Shown here: piece after piece, positions 9,224-19,114 of the stretch
Layout: every line of letters begins with the position of its first letter
Numbering within the stretch: the first letter of the stretch is position 1
Assembly: GCA_963762565.1 (NCBI GenBank)
Contig: CAVXLD010000001.1
Span: 864,001-928,000 of the forward strand
Reading direction: 5' to 3'
DNA length: 64,000 nt
Source: an uncultured Verrucomicrobiae bacterium
GTDB lineage: Bacteria; Verrucomicrobiota; Verrucomicrobiia; Chthoniobacterales; JAFAMB01
The notes under the pieces: generated by a model
Told to the model about the DNA's origin: nothing
The model's input: only the letters and a program-made list of their open reading frames with translations
The model's database searches: none
Program-made: the position numbers and the translations under genes

Positions 9224-10021
9224 ATGATCGCCACTGAGACTGATATCAATTTTCGCAACGTCGTTTCCCGAACCGAGTGGCTTAAAGCCCGACTCGAACT
9301 ACTCGAGAAAGAGAAAACGCTAACGCGCACCCGAGACCAGATTAATACGGCGCGGCGCGAGTTGCCAATGGTCCGGATCGACGAGAATTACGTCTTCAAC
9401 AGTACTGACGGCCCGAAATCTCTATCGGACTTGTTCGAGGGACGTTTACAGCTCGTTGTGTACCACTTCATGTGGCATTGGGAAAACGGCCAGGCGCTGA
9501 ACGACCCATGCCCGGGTTGCTCAGGCTGGGCCGACCAGGTCACCCGTGGTCACTTCAATATTTTACACTCACGCAATACCACCTTAGCGCTCATTTCGCG
9601 GGCTCCACTCGCGACGATCTTGGCTTTCAAGGAGCGCATGGGCTGGACCATACCCTGGTACTCTTCTTTCGGGAGCTCGTTCAACTACGATTTTCACGTT
9701 AGCCTCGACGAGGCCGTCACTCCCATGACCTACAACTATCGCACACCAGAGGAACACGAACGCGCTGGCACATCGGGTTACCTTGAGGGCCAGCAACCGT
9801 TTGATTTACCCGGGATCAGCTGTTTTCTCCGCATGGATATCGAAGTTTTTCACAGTTATTCCAGCTACGGTCGCGGGAGCGAAGCGGCAGGCGGCGGAGC
9901 GTATCTCCTCGATCTGACAGCCCTTGGCCGACAGGAAGACTGGGAAGAGCCTCAGGGAAGATCGGTTGGCAAGAGCCTACCGCCAAGGCCCGACCTGAAC
10001 CCTTATCCCGATCAATATTAA
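9224..10021 (+). CDS. DUF899 thioredoxin-like protein
   Basis: VVSRTEWLKARLELLEKEK, LFEGRLQLVVYHFM, CPGCS, LDLTALGRQE; AAGGA RBS before ATG 9224. Confidence 0.9.
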   Translation: MIATETDINFRNVVSRTEWLKARLELLEKEKTLTRTRDQINTARRELPMVRIDENYVFNSTDGPKSLSDLFEGRLQLVVYHFMWHWENGQALNDPCPGCSGWADQVTRGHFNILHSRNTTLALISRAPLATILAFKERMGWTIPWYSSFGSSFNYDFHVSLDEAVTPMTYNYRTPEEHERAGTSGYLEGQQPFDLPGISCFLRMDIEVFHSYSSYGRGSEAAGGGAYLLDLTALGRQEDWEEPQGRSVGKSLPPRPDLNPYPDQY

Positions 10022-10165
10022 CGAGGGGGAACGCCGCGAACGCACGTGACCGCCGCGAACCCGGTAGGGCGAACTTCTCGGCGCGCCCAGGATTCTGAAC
10101 TCAGACTGGAAAAAATCGCGCCGGTTTTGAGCCGTTCCGTGAAGCTGTTACACGCACGGCGCGGC

Positions 10166-12061
10166 TCACACGGAGCGTCGCATCCAAACCTGCATCTCGC
10201 CAGGTTCACGATTTGCCCAGGCGTAGTACGGAATCGCACACAGCTCGACCGGCTCGGTCGTAGGAGGATGCTCGGTGTAAAGCGCGTCTGGACCATTCGT
10301 TTCCTTAACAGCGCCCCCTTTCAATACGGTGATGCCACCCAACAAATCATTGGCTTCAACTGGGCGGAAGTCCGCTTCTGAGGGCAGCACGTACCGATCC
10401 AGATCCGGCCCATTATCCGCCTGCTCAATACAGTAGACCAGCGGCCCTCGAGTTAAAGCCGTGCGCCCTCGATCGGCTTCGACGTCAAAGCGGGCAAACT
10501 TCTGGCGTACCGGCATTTCGAAATCTAATTCGATCCTGTCACCGTTGTTCCAGACTCTACGCAAATACACATAACCCTTCTCAGCTTCGGTGCTTTGGGA
10601 TTGACCGTTGATTTTGAGCGCGGTTTTGCCGGACCATCCCGGAACCCGAAGCACAAGTGTTTTGTCACTCGGAGCTTCGGTAGCAATCTCGATAGAATTG
10701 TGACCCGCGAACGGTAGACCGCTTTGAATCGATAGACGAATACCGGGGAACGAAGCCTCACAACTCACATACTGGTGTATCGCGATTCCTTCTGATCCTT
10801 CGCTCAGGAGATAGCCGGAAAGCGAGCTAATTACCCGCGCCAAATTCTGCGGGCAACACGGGCACCACCACGGCCAAGCAACCCGGTGATGTGCTCCCCG
10901 GCTCGTCAGTGGATTGTCATAAAAGAAGGATTCACCATCCAGGCCGACCCCGGAAAGGATACAATTGTAAAGCGCCAGCTCCATGACATCGGTGAACTCC
11001 GAATCCAGCCGGGTCTGTACCAGCCGATGGCCGAACAGGAATAACCCAATCGAAGCGCACGTTTCGGCATAGGCTTTTTCGTTTGGAAGATCGAAATCGC
11101 GCGTAAAACCCTCATTTTCGGACGCGGACCCGATACCGCCGGTCAAGTAGAGCTTCGTATCAATCACATCACGCCAGAGACGTTCAGCAGTCTCTAACAG
11201 GCTCGCATCCTTGGTCGCTACGCCGACATCGACTACCGCCGACAACAGATACATGGCCCGCACCGCATGACCGACCACCTTGGTCTGCTGGCGGATCGGC
11301 TCATGTGCTTGCATGTAGGCATAGGGCGAACCCGGATGGTTCGGACGAAATTCGCGTCTATCCAATCGTTCAATCGCTTCGCGCTCGAAGTAGTTAGGGG
11401 ACGCACCTCTCTCGTCGATAAAGAATCGACTCAGTTCAAGATAGCGAACGTCACCGGTCAATCGATACAGCCGCATCAAAGCGAGCTCGATCTCGGGATG
11501 GCCGCAGTACCCATTCATCTTACCCGGGCCCTTACCAAAGCGCTCACACAAGAGATCTGCATAGCGCCGAGCGATACTCAACAAAGTATCCTTCCCGGTC
11601 GCTTCGTGGTGGACTACGGCCGCTTCAATCAAGTGCCCGGCACAATAAAGTTCGTGTAAATCTCGTAGATTCTTGAACCGGTGACGAGGGCGCCAGGTGA
11701 GAATATGGCTATTAACATAGCCGTCCGGCTGCTGAGCCCGCTCGAATCGCGCGATAATGTCATCCACCAGTTTTTCCAATTCCGGATCCTGCGTCTGCTG
11801 GAGCCGGGCCGCAGCGGCTTCCAACCACTTCGCCAAATCGGAATCCCAGAAAATGCTCCCGCCCCAATACCAATCATCACCGACAGCGCGACCCCGATGC
11901 ATCTTCTGATCCAGAGCCAACGCATCTATTTGACCTTCGCCCTGGAGCTGGCGGAATTCATGAAAAAGCGTGGTGCTCCCTATTAAGTCCCTCCACCGTT
12001 TCCAAAAGCCGTCGACGATCGTAACTCTGCTAGGGGGGACCGGAGACCAACTCGCTTCCAT
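10166..12061 (-). CDS. Glycoside hydrolase family 127 (beta-L-arabinofuranosidase-like)
   Basis: FWDSDLAKWLEA, HELYCAGHLIEAAV, GHAVRAMYL, YAETCAS, CPCCPQN. Confidence 0.92.
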   Translation of the reverse strand: MEASWSPVPPSRVTIVDGFWKRWRDLIGSTTLFHEFRQLQGEGQIDALALDQKMHRGRAVGDDWYWGGSIFWDSDLAKWLEAAAARLQQTQDPELEKLVDDIIARFERAQQPDGYVNSHILTWRPRHRFKNLRDLHELYCAGHLIEAAVVHHEATGKDTLLSIARRYADLLCERFGKGPGKMNGYCGHPEIELALMRLYRLTGDVRYLELSRFFIDERGASPNYFEREAIERLDRREFRPNHPGSPYAYMQAHEPIRQQTKVVGHAVRAMYLLSAVVDVGVATKDASLLETAERLWRDVIDTKLYLTGGIGSASENEGFTRDFDLPNEKAYAETCASIGLFLFGHRLVQTRLDSEFTDVMELALYNCILSGVGLDGESFFYDNPLTSRGAHHRVAWPWWCPCCPQNLARVISSLSGYLLSEGSEGIAIHQYVSCEASFPGIRLSIQSGLPFAGHNSIEIATEAPSDKTLVLRVPGWSGKTALKINGQSQSTEAEKGYVYLRRVWNNGDRIELDFEMPVRQKFARFDVEADRGRTALTRGPLVYCIEQADNGPDLDRYVLPSEADFRPVEANDLLGGITVLKGGAVKETNGPDALYTEHPPTTEPVELCAIPYYAWANREPGEMQVWMRRSV

Positions 12062-12189
12062 GAAACACTTTTCATTGCGAGACATGGAACCACAACTTAA
12101 CTGATCCGTAGAAAGGCGGCACAATTCCGACCTCAGCAAACCAGGGGCTGGGAGCTAGAATCTTGGAGCTAGGAGGGGCGGGTGGGCGT

Positions 12190-12481
12190 TGGTGGGGCGA
12201 GGCTCCCGAATGGCCTGAAACATCAAGCGAAGATCCGGATTTGGTGAAACCGATGAGTGTGCTTCACCAACTGGCGTGCCGAGCCGCGTCCCAGCATCCG
12301 CCATGCTACGGGCGTAGCGAAAAGCTCGGCGAATGGTCGACTCAGTAGGAGGGCGGTATACGGGCCCAGGTGGCAAACGCTCGACACGGCTCGGCAGCGC
12401 ACAGACACAATGCACCGATGATTTCGGCATACTCAGTCCCCGGCGAAACGTTTCAGGCCTCCAGGGAGCCTCGCCCCACCA
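12190..12481. repeat. REP family B doublet (GTRGGGCGAGGCTCC...GGAGCCTCGCCCYAC)
   Basis: Terminal inverted repeats plus inner boxes gtgccgagccg / cggctcggca; preceded by GGAGCTA heptamers at about 12150. Confidence 0.85.
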
Positions 12482-12578
12482 GAGTTGACGCCAATGGCCC
12501 CGTGCCGGACGATCTCCCTGAACCCAGCCACCTTTCACCTTTCACTATCACTTCCCTTCACCCCCCTTCCCCCTCCCA

Positions 12579-13442
12579 ATGCCCGCTCCACCGAACCAGC
12601 TGGTGATATCAACTCAAACGGCACTCTCGGCCTCAAACGGCGGACTGTTCATTGCGCCTGGTTACGTTTTACATCCAGAGCGCGAATTGGCTTCGTTCGA
12701 GCTGATCTTTGTTCGTTCCGGTGTCCTCCGGCTGTGGGAGCGGTCCCACGCTCTCGCGCCCCACGGAGAGAGTCAGAATCGATTCGAAATTTCGCCTGGC
12801 CATACTTTGATCTTGTGGCCCGGCCGGAGACACGGACCCAGCACGCCGTACGAGCCAAAGACATCATTTTATTGGCTACATTTCGAAGTCGACTCTGCGC
12901 CCGCGGCAGCCGGCGCCGTGGTACCTCAGGTTGCAAACGTCCCTCGGCCGTTACGGCTAGTCGAATTATTCAGGCGATTTCTTGACGACCAAGAGAACGA
13001 CGATTTGGAACCGAACTATGCCGCAACGCTGGTAAAGCTGATGTTGCTGGAGATTGCCCAACAGGATCGCGCGAAACACGGGAAACGCGGGCAACTGCCC
13101 GCGCGCAAACTAGCCGCCACCGCCCAAGTCGCGATTGGTAAGAGATTTCGAGAACCGATCACAACTTCGGAGATCGCCCGGACTCTGCATTGCAACCCGG
13201 ACTACCTGGGCCGGGTCTATCGGGAAACATTTGGGCATAGCCTTACGACCGGAATCCACCAAGCGCGGATGCATCACGCCAAGAATCTTTTATTGCTCAG
13301 CTCACTAAACGTGAAAGAGATCTCCGCAGCCTGCGGTTACGAGAACCCGGATTATTTCAGGCGCATGTTCCGCCGATTTTTCGATATGCAACCGAACCAG
13401 TTCCGGTCGTTGCATCCGCGGCAGCATACGAACGCGGCTTAG
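12579..13442 (+). CDS. AraC family transcriptional regulator
   Basis: N-terminal cupin and HTH VKEISAACGYENPDYFRRMFRR; divergent from GH127. Confidence 0.9.
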   Translation: MPAPPNQLVISTQTALSASNGGLFIAPGYVLHPERELASFELIFVRSGVLRLWERSHALAPHGESQNRFEISPGHTLILWPGRRHGPSTPYEPKTSFYWLHFEVDSAPAAAGAVVPQVANVPRPLRLVELFRRFLDDQENDDLEPNYAATLVKLMLLEIAQQDRAKHGKRGQLPARKLAATAQVAIGKRFREPITTSEIARTLHCNPDYLGRVYRETFGHSLTTGIHQARMHHAKNLLLLSSLNVKEISAACGYENPDYFRRMFRRFFDMQPNQFRSLHPRQHTNAA

Positions 13443-13451
13443 CCGCGTTCG

Positions 13452-13550
13452 GTGATGAGAAGTGAGAAGTGATTAGTGAGAGGTGATTGGTAGCAGCGGT
13501 CGCGCTACTTCTCACTTCTCACCTCTCACCAATCATTTCTCACCTCTCAC
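13452..13550. repeat. Inverted heptamer arrays (GTGAGAR / YTCTCAC)
   Basis: gagaagtgagaagtgattagtgagaggtgattggt ... cttctcacttctcacctctcaccaatca. Confidence 0.8.
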
Positions 13551-14567
13551 CTCCACCCACCTCCCCTGCTCGGCACTCTCAATCGCCGCCAAGACCATCG
13601 CTAGGCTGTGAATGTTGTCGGAGGAGCGAGTCTCCGGAGGCGGCCCACCATCGAGTGCCGATATAAATTGGTGCATCACACTGAAGTGACCGCGCGTTTG
13701 GGTTGGATCTGGTTCGACGGATGGGAGCACTGTTTCCATCTCTTTCAGGAACGCGTTGGGTTGGGCTGTCAGATGATCTGCTGGCAGTCTTTCGGCCTTT
13801 AGGTCTTCGCCTCCGTCCCAAATCAAAGTTCCTTTGGCGCCGATAACTCGCCAAACGCCTTCCCACGAAGTCCGGAACCCATCGGCACACCAGCTAGCAC
13901 GGTAGGAAAACCGGACACCTCCGCTCATCCGAAACACCGCGACTACGGAAGGTCCGCTCGCGTACCAGGAATTCTTGGGGATCCACTCTTCGCAGAACAC
14001 GGCTTCGGCGTTTAGCCCGGTTACAAATCGCGCCGCGTCAAATGCATGAATGGCCATATCGGCCAGGAGAACATGAGGCATGACCTCCCGAAAACCGCCA
14101 AAATGAGGAGCAATAAAAAAATCGACGTGAACAGTGGTCAATTCTCCGATGGCCCCTTGAAGCAACATCTCGCGCAGCTGCCTTATCCGGCGATTGAAAC
14201 GGCGGTTCTGGAGAACGACGTGCAGCTTTCCGGCGTTCTCAGCCAATGCGACTAGGTCCGCTGCGTCTTGAAAGTTTAAGGCCAAAGGCTTCTCCTCGAG
14301 CACATGCAATCCGGCAGTCAGCGCGGCGGAGGACACTTCTTTGTGCGCGGCTGGGATGGTGCAATCAAACAAAGCATCGGCCGGAACCTCCCGAATTGCA
14401 GTCTTAAGGTCGGTGTAGACCGGCACATCCAAGTTGAATTCTTGGGCTCGAAGCCGGGCATTCTTCTCTTCGATGTCGACCAAGGCCCTGATTTGGATGC
14501 CCAACTCAGCCGCCGGCCGGAGCCAATTTGGGCTCATCGCCCCACAACCGACATGGATAGCACGCAT
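13533..14567 (-). CDS. Gfo/Idh/MocA family oxidoreductase
   Basis: Rossmann VGCGAM, HVLEEKPLA, DMAIHAFDAARF. Confidence 0.9.
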   Translation of the reverse strand: MRAIHVGCGAMSPNWLRPAAELGIQIRALVDIEEKNARLRAQEFNLDVPVYTDLKTAIREVPADALFDCTIPAAHKEVSSAALTAGLHVLEEKPLALNFQDAADLVALAENAGKLHVVLQNRRFNRRIRQLREMLLQGAIGELTTVHVDFFIAPHFGGFREVMPHVLLADMAIHAFDAARFVTGLNAEAVFCEEWIPKNSWYASGPSVVAVFRMSGGVRFSYRASWCADGFRTSWEGVWRVIGAKGTLIWDGGEDLKAERLPADHLTAQPNAFLKEMETVLPSVEPDPTQTRGHFSVMHQFISALDGGPPPETRSSDNIHSLAMVLAAIESAEQGRWVEVRGEK

Positions 14568-14572
14568 GACTG

Positions 14573-14697
14573 AGTTTTAAGTTATAGGTTTTAAGTTTCA
14601 GGTTTTAAGTTCGGGGGCGCAGACCGGAAGGGTAGGTCGCGCAGTAAGAGCCTCTTAACGTAAAACTTACAACCTAAAACCTAAAAACTCGTAACTT
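14573..14697. repeat. Inverted heptamer arrays (GTTTTAA / TAAAACY)
   Basis: agttttaagttataggttttaagtttcaggttttaagtt ... taaaacttacaacctaaaacctaaaaact. Confidence 0.75.
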
Positions 14698-14703
14698 GTA
14701 AGT

Positions 14704-14755
14704 GGGAACCGGCGATGAGCAGACTCCCCCAAAAACAGCATCACCACCGGTTCCC
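14704..14755 (-). terminator. 3' stem-loop of the sugar-binding protein gene with a G-rich loop
   Basis: gggaaccgg...ccggttccc stem; minus-strand loop UGUUUUUGGGGGAG. Confidence 0.6.
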
Positions 14756-14775
14756 AAGGCTAAGGATGACAGCAA

Positions 14776-16020
14776 TTACTTCTTCGCTGCAAGTGGCTTA
14801 ATCTTGGCAGCTGCTTCCGCTAGGGCGGCATCGACGGTTTTCTGGCCGGTAAGCGCTTGCTGGATAGCCGTGCGCGCGTCCAGAGAAACTTTAGTGTAGG
14901 CCGCTCCGCCTTCTTCCGGCCGGGCGCGAGCTGTATCCATTTGCAGAACAAAAGGCTGTAATTCGGGATTCGCCTCACCCTGTTTTTGGGCCACGGTGCG
15001 CACAGAAGAAATGTAATTGAATGTATTACACAATTTCTCCAGGCGATCCGCATCCTGAACAAACTCGATGAATTTCATGGCTGCCGCTTCCACCTTCGGG
15101 TCGCCCTTCATGACACACCACACCTCGCCTCCCAACGGGACCACCGGTTTCCCGCCTTCTTTCGGCACTGGGATTGGGGTGACCTCGAAGTCAAGTCCGC
15201 TCTTGTGCACTTGGCCTAGCATCCACGGGCCCATCACCATCATCGCTGCTTGCCCGCTGATGAACTGGTTGGCCACATCTCCTTGGTTCCAATTCACTAC
15301 GTCCTTGGATACCGACCCTTTTTGCACGAGATCAACCCAAAGCTGTAATGCTTGCTTAGCCGGTGCTGCGTTTAGGTCGAGTAGGCTACCGCCGTTGCTC
15401 CATAGAAATGGTTCCCATTGCCAGGTGGCTTCTTCGGTGTTCGTTGCCGAAAACACCAGGCCATAAACCGGGCTCTTGGTGAGCTTAGCGGCGTCTGCCG
15501 TCAATTCGTCCCAGGTCTTGGGCGGGTCCGTAATCTCGGCGTCGCTCAGCATCTTCTTATTGGAGAAAATAGCGAGACTGTTACTGCCGATCGGTACCCC
15601 GTAAACCTTTTCGCCTTCGGTGACCGAATGTTTCGGCCCGGGGTAGGTGTCCTTCCAGGTTGGCAACTTCGCGACACTTGCGCTGATGTCCTTCAGGACG
15701 CCAGACTTGGCAATGAACCTGACATCCGGGTTATCAATACAAGAAATCCCTGGCGGCTTGTGCACGGCGGCCATCTGCAGGGTGCGGCTGACCAGTTCCG
15801 CAAATGGGATGTAAGTGAACTTAATTTTGATATCAGGGTTGGCCGCCTCGAAATCCTTTTGGATATCGGCCAAACCTTGGAGCTGGTCCGGGACGTTGAA
15901 GTAATGGACGATTTCAACCGTGGTTTCCGCTCGCGCGGCGCCAAGGCAGACAAGGACGGAGCTACAAATCAGAAATCTCCGCCAGAGCGGAAATGTTCTA
16001 GAGGGTGGTTTTAGGGGCAT
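14776..16020 (-). CDS. Sugar ABC transporter substrate-binding protein
   Basis: Signal peptide; FEAANPDIKI, VYGVP, PPKTWDEL, FISGQAAMMVMGPW. Confidence 0.92.
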   Translation of the reverse strand: MPLKPPSRTFPLWRRFLICSSVLVCLGAARAETTVEIVHYFNVPDQLQGLADIQKDFEAANPDIKIKFTYIPFAELVSRTLQMAAVHKPPGISCIDNPDVRFIAKSGVLKDISASVAKLPTWKDTYPGPKHSVTEGEKVYGVPIGSNSLAIFSNKKMLSDAEITDPPKTWDELTADAAKLTKSPVYGLVFSATNTEEATWQWEPFLWSNGGSLLDLNAAPAKQALQLWVDLVQKGSVSKDVVNWNQGDVANQFISGQAAMMVMGPWMLGQVHKSGLDFEVTPIPVPKEGGKPVVPLGGEVWCVMKGDPKVEAAAMKFIEFVQDADRLEKLCNTFNYISSVRTVAQKQGEANPELQPFVLQMDTARARPEEGGAAYTKVSLDARTAIQQALTGQKTVDAALAEAAAKIKPLAAKK

Positions 16021-16068
16021 TTTATCGGGTATTTTTGATGTTTGGGGGAAAGTGGTTTGGAGTACGTC

Positions 16069-17010
16069 TTATCTTCGCTGCAGGAAGAGCTGGAACAGGT
16101 TCAAACTGAGGATTAAGGCAACAATCACGGTGGCGATAGCGGCGGCTTGTCCAAAATTCAAGATCGAAAAACCAACTTGATAGGCGTAGGTCGAAAGCAG
16201 ATGGCTCGTGTTGGCCGGCCCGCCGCCCGTCATGATCCAGACCAGATCAAACACCTTAACGGTGTAGATGGTGCCTAACATCAGTACCGCCACCGTCACC
16301 GGTTTCAAGATCGGCAAGGTAATGTGACCAACCCGGCGCCAGTAACTCGCCCCGTCAATACGAGCCGCTTCGTAGATCTCCAGCGGAACATTGCAGACGC
16401 CTGAGTACAGCAAGATAAAATTGAATGGGAACCCGATCCAAATGTTCGCCACGATGGTGGCAGCTAATGCGAACCCGGGTGACGCCAACCAGGCAACCGT
16501 TGGAAGTCCAAGTAAATGCGCGATTTGGTTAATCGGGCCAACCTCATTGAACAAACCCTTGAAAGTATTGGCCGCCGTTAGAACTGGTGCGATCCAAGGA
16601 ATCAGCAGCAACGCAACCAACACGTTCTTGAGCGGGAACCGATTCTGAAAAAACAGCGCAAGCAGGAAGCCGATCGTGAATTGAAAAAGAATGCTGCAAA
16701 AAGTGAAGATGACCGTGTTCTCAAGCGCCTGCCAAAAAGTGGAGCTGGTAAGAACCTGCTGGTAGTTGCTGAGGCCATTGAACGGCATATCGCCGCTCAC
16801 AAACGTTTCTACGGTGGCGTCACGAAAGCTGAGCGCCAAGCTGTACAAAACGGGATAAACGAGCAGCAAGAGACCAAATACGGCGATCGGCAGAATAAAA
16901 GTGTAGGAGGCCAGAGCGCGTCGCCAGGGAGCTCGGCGCCGCGGAACTATTCGAGCTTCGGTCCCGGGGACAACCGCCGTGCGCGCTTCAATGGCCTCCA
17001 ATTGTTTCAT
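16069..17010 (-). CDS. Carbohydrate ABC transporter permease (MalF-like)
   Basis: EAA loop IYEAARIDGAS..RR...ITLP; GGGPANTS. Confidence 0.92.
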   Translation of the reverse strand: MKQLEAIEARTAVVPGTEARIVPRRRAPWRRALASYTFILPIAVFGLLLLVYPVLYSLALSFRDATVETFVSGDMPFNGLSNYQQVLTSSTFWQALENTVIFTFCSILFQFTIGFLLALFFQNRFPLKNVLVALLLIPWIAPVLTAANTFKGLFNEVGPINQIAHLLGLPTVAWLASPGFALAATIVANIWIGFPFNFILLYSGVCNVPLEIYEAARIDGASYWRRVGHITLPILKPVTVAVLMLGTIYTVKVFDLVWIMTGGGPANTSHLLSTYAYQVGFSILNFGQAAAIATVIVALILSLNLFQLFLQRR

Positions 17011-17022
17011 AGATCCCTTTGC

Positions 17023-17847
17023 CTAGTGCAACGCGCCGCGGGTGAAACCAGCCACAATGAACCGACTGGCGGCTATCACAAAAAACGCTGCTGGAAGAGC
17101 CGTCAACAAACTGCCAGGCAACAGGAAACTCCAATCGATGCCATATACGCCGACAGCTTTGTACAACTCGAGGGTGAGCGGTTGTAACCCGGATTCGGTA
17201 ATCAGACTCAAAGCGAAAATCAGATCGCCCCACGGCATCAAGAAGCTAAAGATGGCGACCGTAATCATGCCGGTCATCGTAACCGGCATAACGATCGAGA
17301 AAAACGCGCGCCATTGTCCCGCCCCGTCGACCTGCGCCGCTTCAACCAACTGATAAGGAAACTCACGGAGATAAGCGCCCAGCATGATGAGCGCAAACGG
17401 GACCGTGAAAGTCATGTCCCCCAGAATCAGGCCCGGTAAGGTGTTGACCAGGTCCGTCCGGGAAAAGAGAACGAACAACGGGATAACAAAAACAATTGCC
17501 GGGAGCATTTGGCTCGTCAGCATGAAAGAGAGAATGGCGCCGCGGCCACGAACTTTTAGCCACACTATCGCGTAGGCAGCAGGGGCAGTGATGAGCAGCG
17601 TTAAAGCTGAGGTGCAAACGCTAACGATGGCGCTGGTAGCGAAGTGCGGCAAAAGCCTAACGACGGCGTTTGACCAATTCTGAAACATGAACTGGTGGGG
17701 CCAAATAGAGAAATGCGGGCTAAACAGCTCGCGTTGGGTCATGAAACTTCCCGATAGAACCCAGTAAAGCGGCGAAAGCAAGATCACCGTAATGACGACG
17801 CCCACGACGGTATATGACCAAGGTGACCTAAGTGCCGGGGGACGCAT
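17023..17847 (-). CDS. Carbohydrate ABC transporter permease (MalG-like)
   Basis: EAA loop LVEAAQVDGAG; multiple TM helices. Confidence 0.92.
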   Translation of the reverse strand: MRPPALRSPWSYTVVGVVITVILLSPLYWVLSGSFMTQRELFSPHFSIWPHQFMFQNWSNAVVRLLPHFATSAIVSVCTSALTLLITAPAAYAIVWLKVRGRGAILSFMLTSQMLPAIVFVIPLFVLFSRTDLVNTLPGLILGDMTFTVPFALIMLGAYLREFPYQLVEAAQVDGAGQWRAFFSIVMPVTMTGMITVAIFSFLMPWGDLIFALSLITESGLQPLTLELYKAVGVYGIDWSFLLPGSLLTALPAAFFVIAASRFIVAGFTRGALH

Positions 17848-17947
17848 CGTGTATATGTACGCCAGTAAAAACTGTAGTCACAACCTTATTAGAGCGTAGA
17901 AAAACCGGACAATTCCGACTCGCTGTCGGCGTGTGGGCGAACAAACG

Positions 17948-18241
17948 TGGTGGGGCGAGGCTCCCGAATTACCTCAAACGTCCAAACAGAGAGGCACGTT
18001 TGCCTAAAGCGAGAATGTACTTCACCGACTGACGTGCCGAGCCGCTCCCAGCGTGAGCCACGGTCCCTGATCGTTGGAATATTTGAGAGCTCAGTTGAAA
18101 TCGTCGGGGGCGCTGCCGATGAGAGGGTAGCACGCCCTGGGACACGGCTCGGCACGCCAGTTGGCACAGCCCACCCTCGGTTTTAGCCAAATCGAAGTCT
18201 TCGTTTGAACTTTGGCGTGATTCGGGAGCCTCGCCCCACCA
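17948..18241. repeat. REP family B doublet
   Basis: tggtggggcgaggctcccgaa...gtgccgagccg...cggctcggcac...ttcgggagcctcgccccacca. Confidence 0.85.
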
Positions 18242-18246
18242 ACGCA

Positions 18247-18873
18247 TCACGCTCCCCAAATCCTCCTCAACGGACCATCCGCTCCATACACAGGGTCGTT
18301 ATCCGGGACCGGTAGAGCAGCGATGTTTCTGTCCGCTTGTGGCCGTTCTCCCGGTTTGCCGGTCAACAAATCCCAATGACGGCCGTCAGGGTAGGCGCCG
18401 ACCACGCCGAAGTCGTCGCTGGCGCCAAGATTCTTATGCCCAACGCCGGCCGGGATCACGATCACGTCCCCTGCTCGTACCTCAAAATCTTCCCCTTGCT
18501 CTCCACCAAGCCGAACCTTGGCTGAACCGGAGTACACACCTAATACTTCGTGGCTGGTGCTGTGATAATGATGAAACGGGTAAATACCGTTTCGCCAGGA
18601 GTTGGTCCAATTATTGGCCGCAAACAGTTGCACGACTCGCGTTGCCGGCTCGTTGTCGCCGGTCGGCAGAACTCCCTGGTACAAAAGCAGGTGGAGTCGA
18701 TTGTTCGGAATTACGCCATCGTCTTTAAAGAGCGCAGTCTCAGGTTGTTTCATCATGCTTCCCTGTGCCAAAGCTCGCCGAACCGTTTGCAATGATCCAA
18801 GAGCAAGCATAACGGCCATCTTGAATGATTTCGTCAAGAATTGCCGGCGATAGGTCCCACGTCGGTCTTCCAT
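18247..18873 (-). CDS. Cupin protein (YjlB-like) with a Tat-like N-terminus
   Basis: IYPFHHYHSTSHEVLGV, GDVIVIPAGVGH, VVGAYP; N-terminal YRRQFL...ALA-Q. Confidence 0.85.
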   Translation of the reverse strand: MEDRRGTYRRQFLTKSFKMAVMLALGSLQTVRRALAQGSMMKQPETALFKDDGVIPNNRLHLLLYQGVLPTGDNEPATRVVQLFAANNWTNSWRNGIYPFHHYHSTSHEVLGVYSGSAKVRLGGEQGEDFEVRAGDVIVIPAGVGHKNLGASDDFGVVGAYPDGRHWDLLTGKPGERPQADRNIAALPVPDNDPVYGADGPLRRIWGA

Positions 18874-19013
18874 TCCAAACCAAGATAATGCGAACGGAAA
18901 TCTTGGCCAGCATTGGGTTATCCTACGAACCGGCGACGCGGGGGTACCCGAATGGGCGAGCGGGCGAAACGGCGAAGGGGCGACCTCACGGCTGAGCGCG
19001 TCTTTCACAACCC

Positions 19014-19110
19014 CCGGCTCGGCGGCTTTCAGGTGTTGCATCTCATTTGCCCATGAACCATCATTCCGCCCTGCGAGTCCCTTTAGGTTATCCGGGAGCC
19101 TCGCCCTACC
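19014..19110. repeat. REP family B half element
   Basis: ccggctcggc...ccgggagcctcgccctacc, ending 4 nt before the can start codon. Confidence 0.7.
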
Positions 19111-19114
19111 GCAC

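Noticed and set aside
12155..12606. Short ORFs over intergenic repeats (also 4082-4958, 17832-18259, 28227-28948, 61893-62177)
   Set aside because: Shadow ORFs that recur only because the repeat boxes translate to WWGEAP, EPRPT or GEPL.
14776..17847. Sugar ABC cluster lacking an ATPase as a novelty
   Set aside because: CUT1 systems commonly share a distant MsmX/MsiK-type ATPase.
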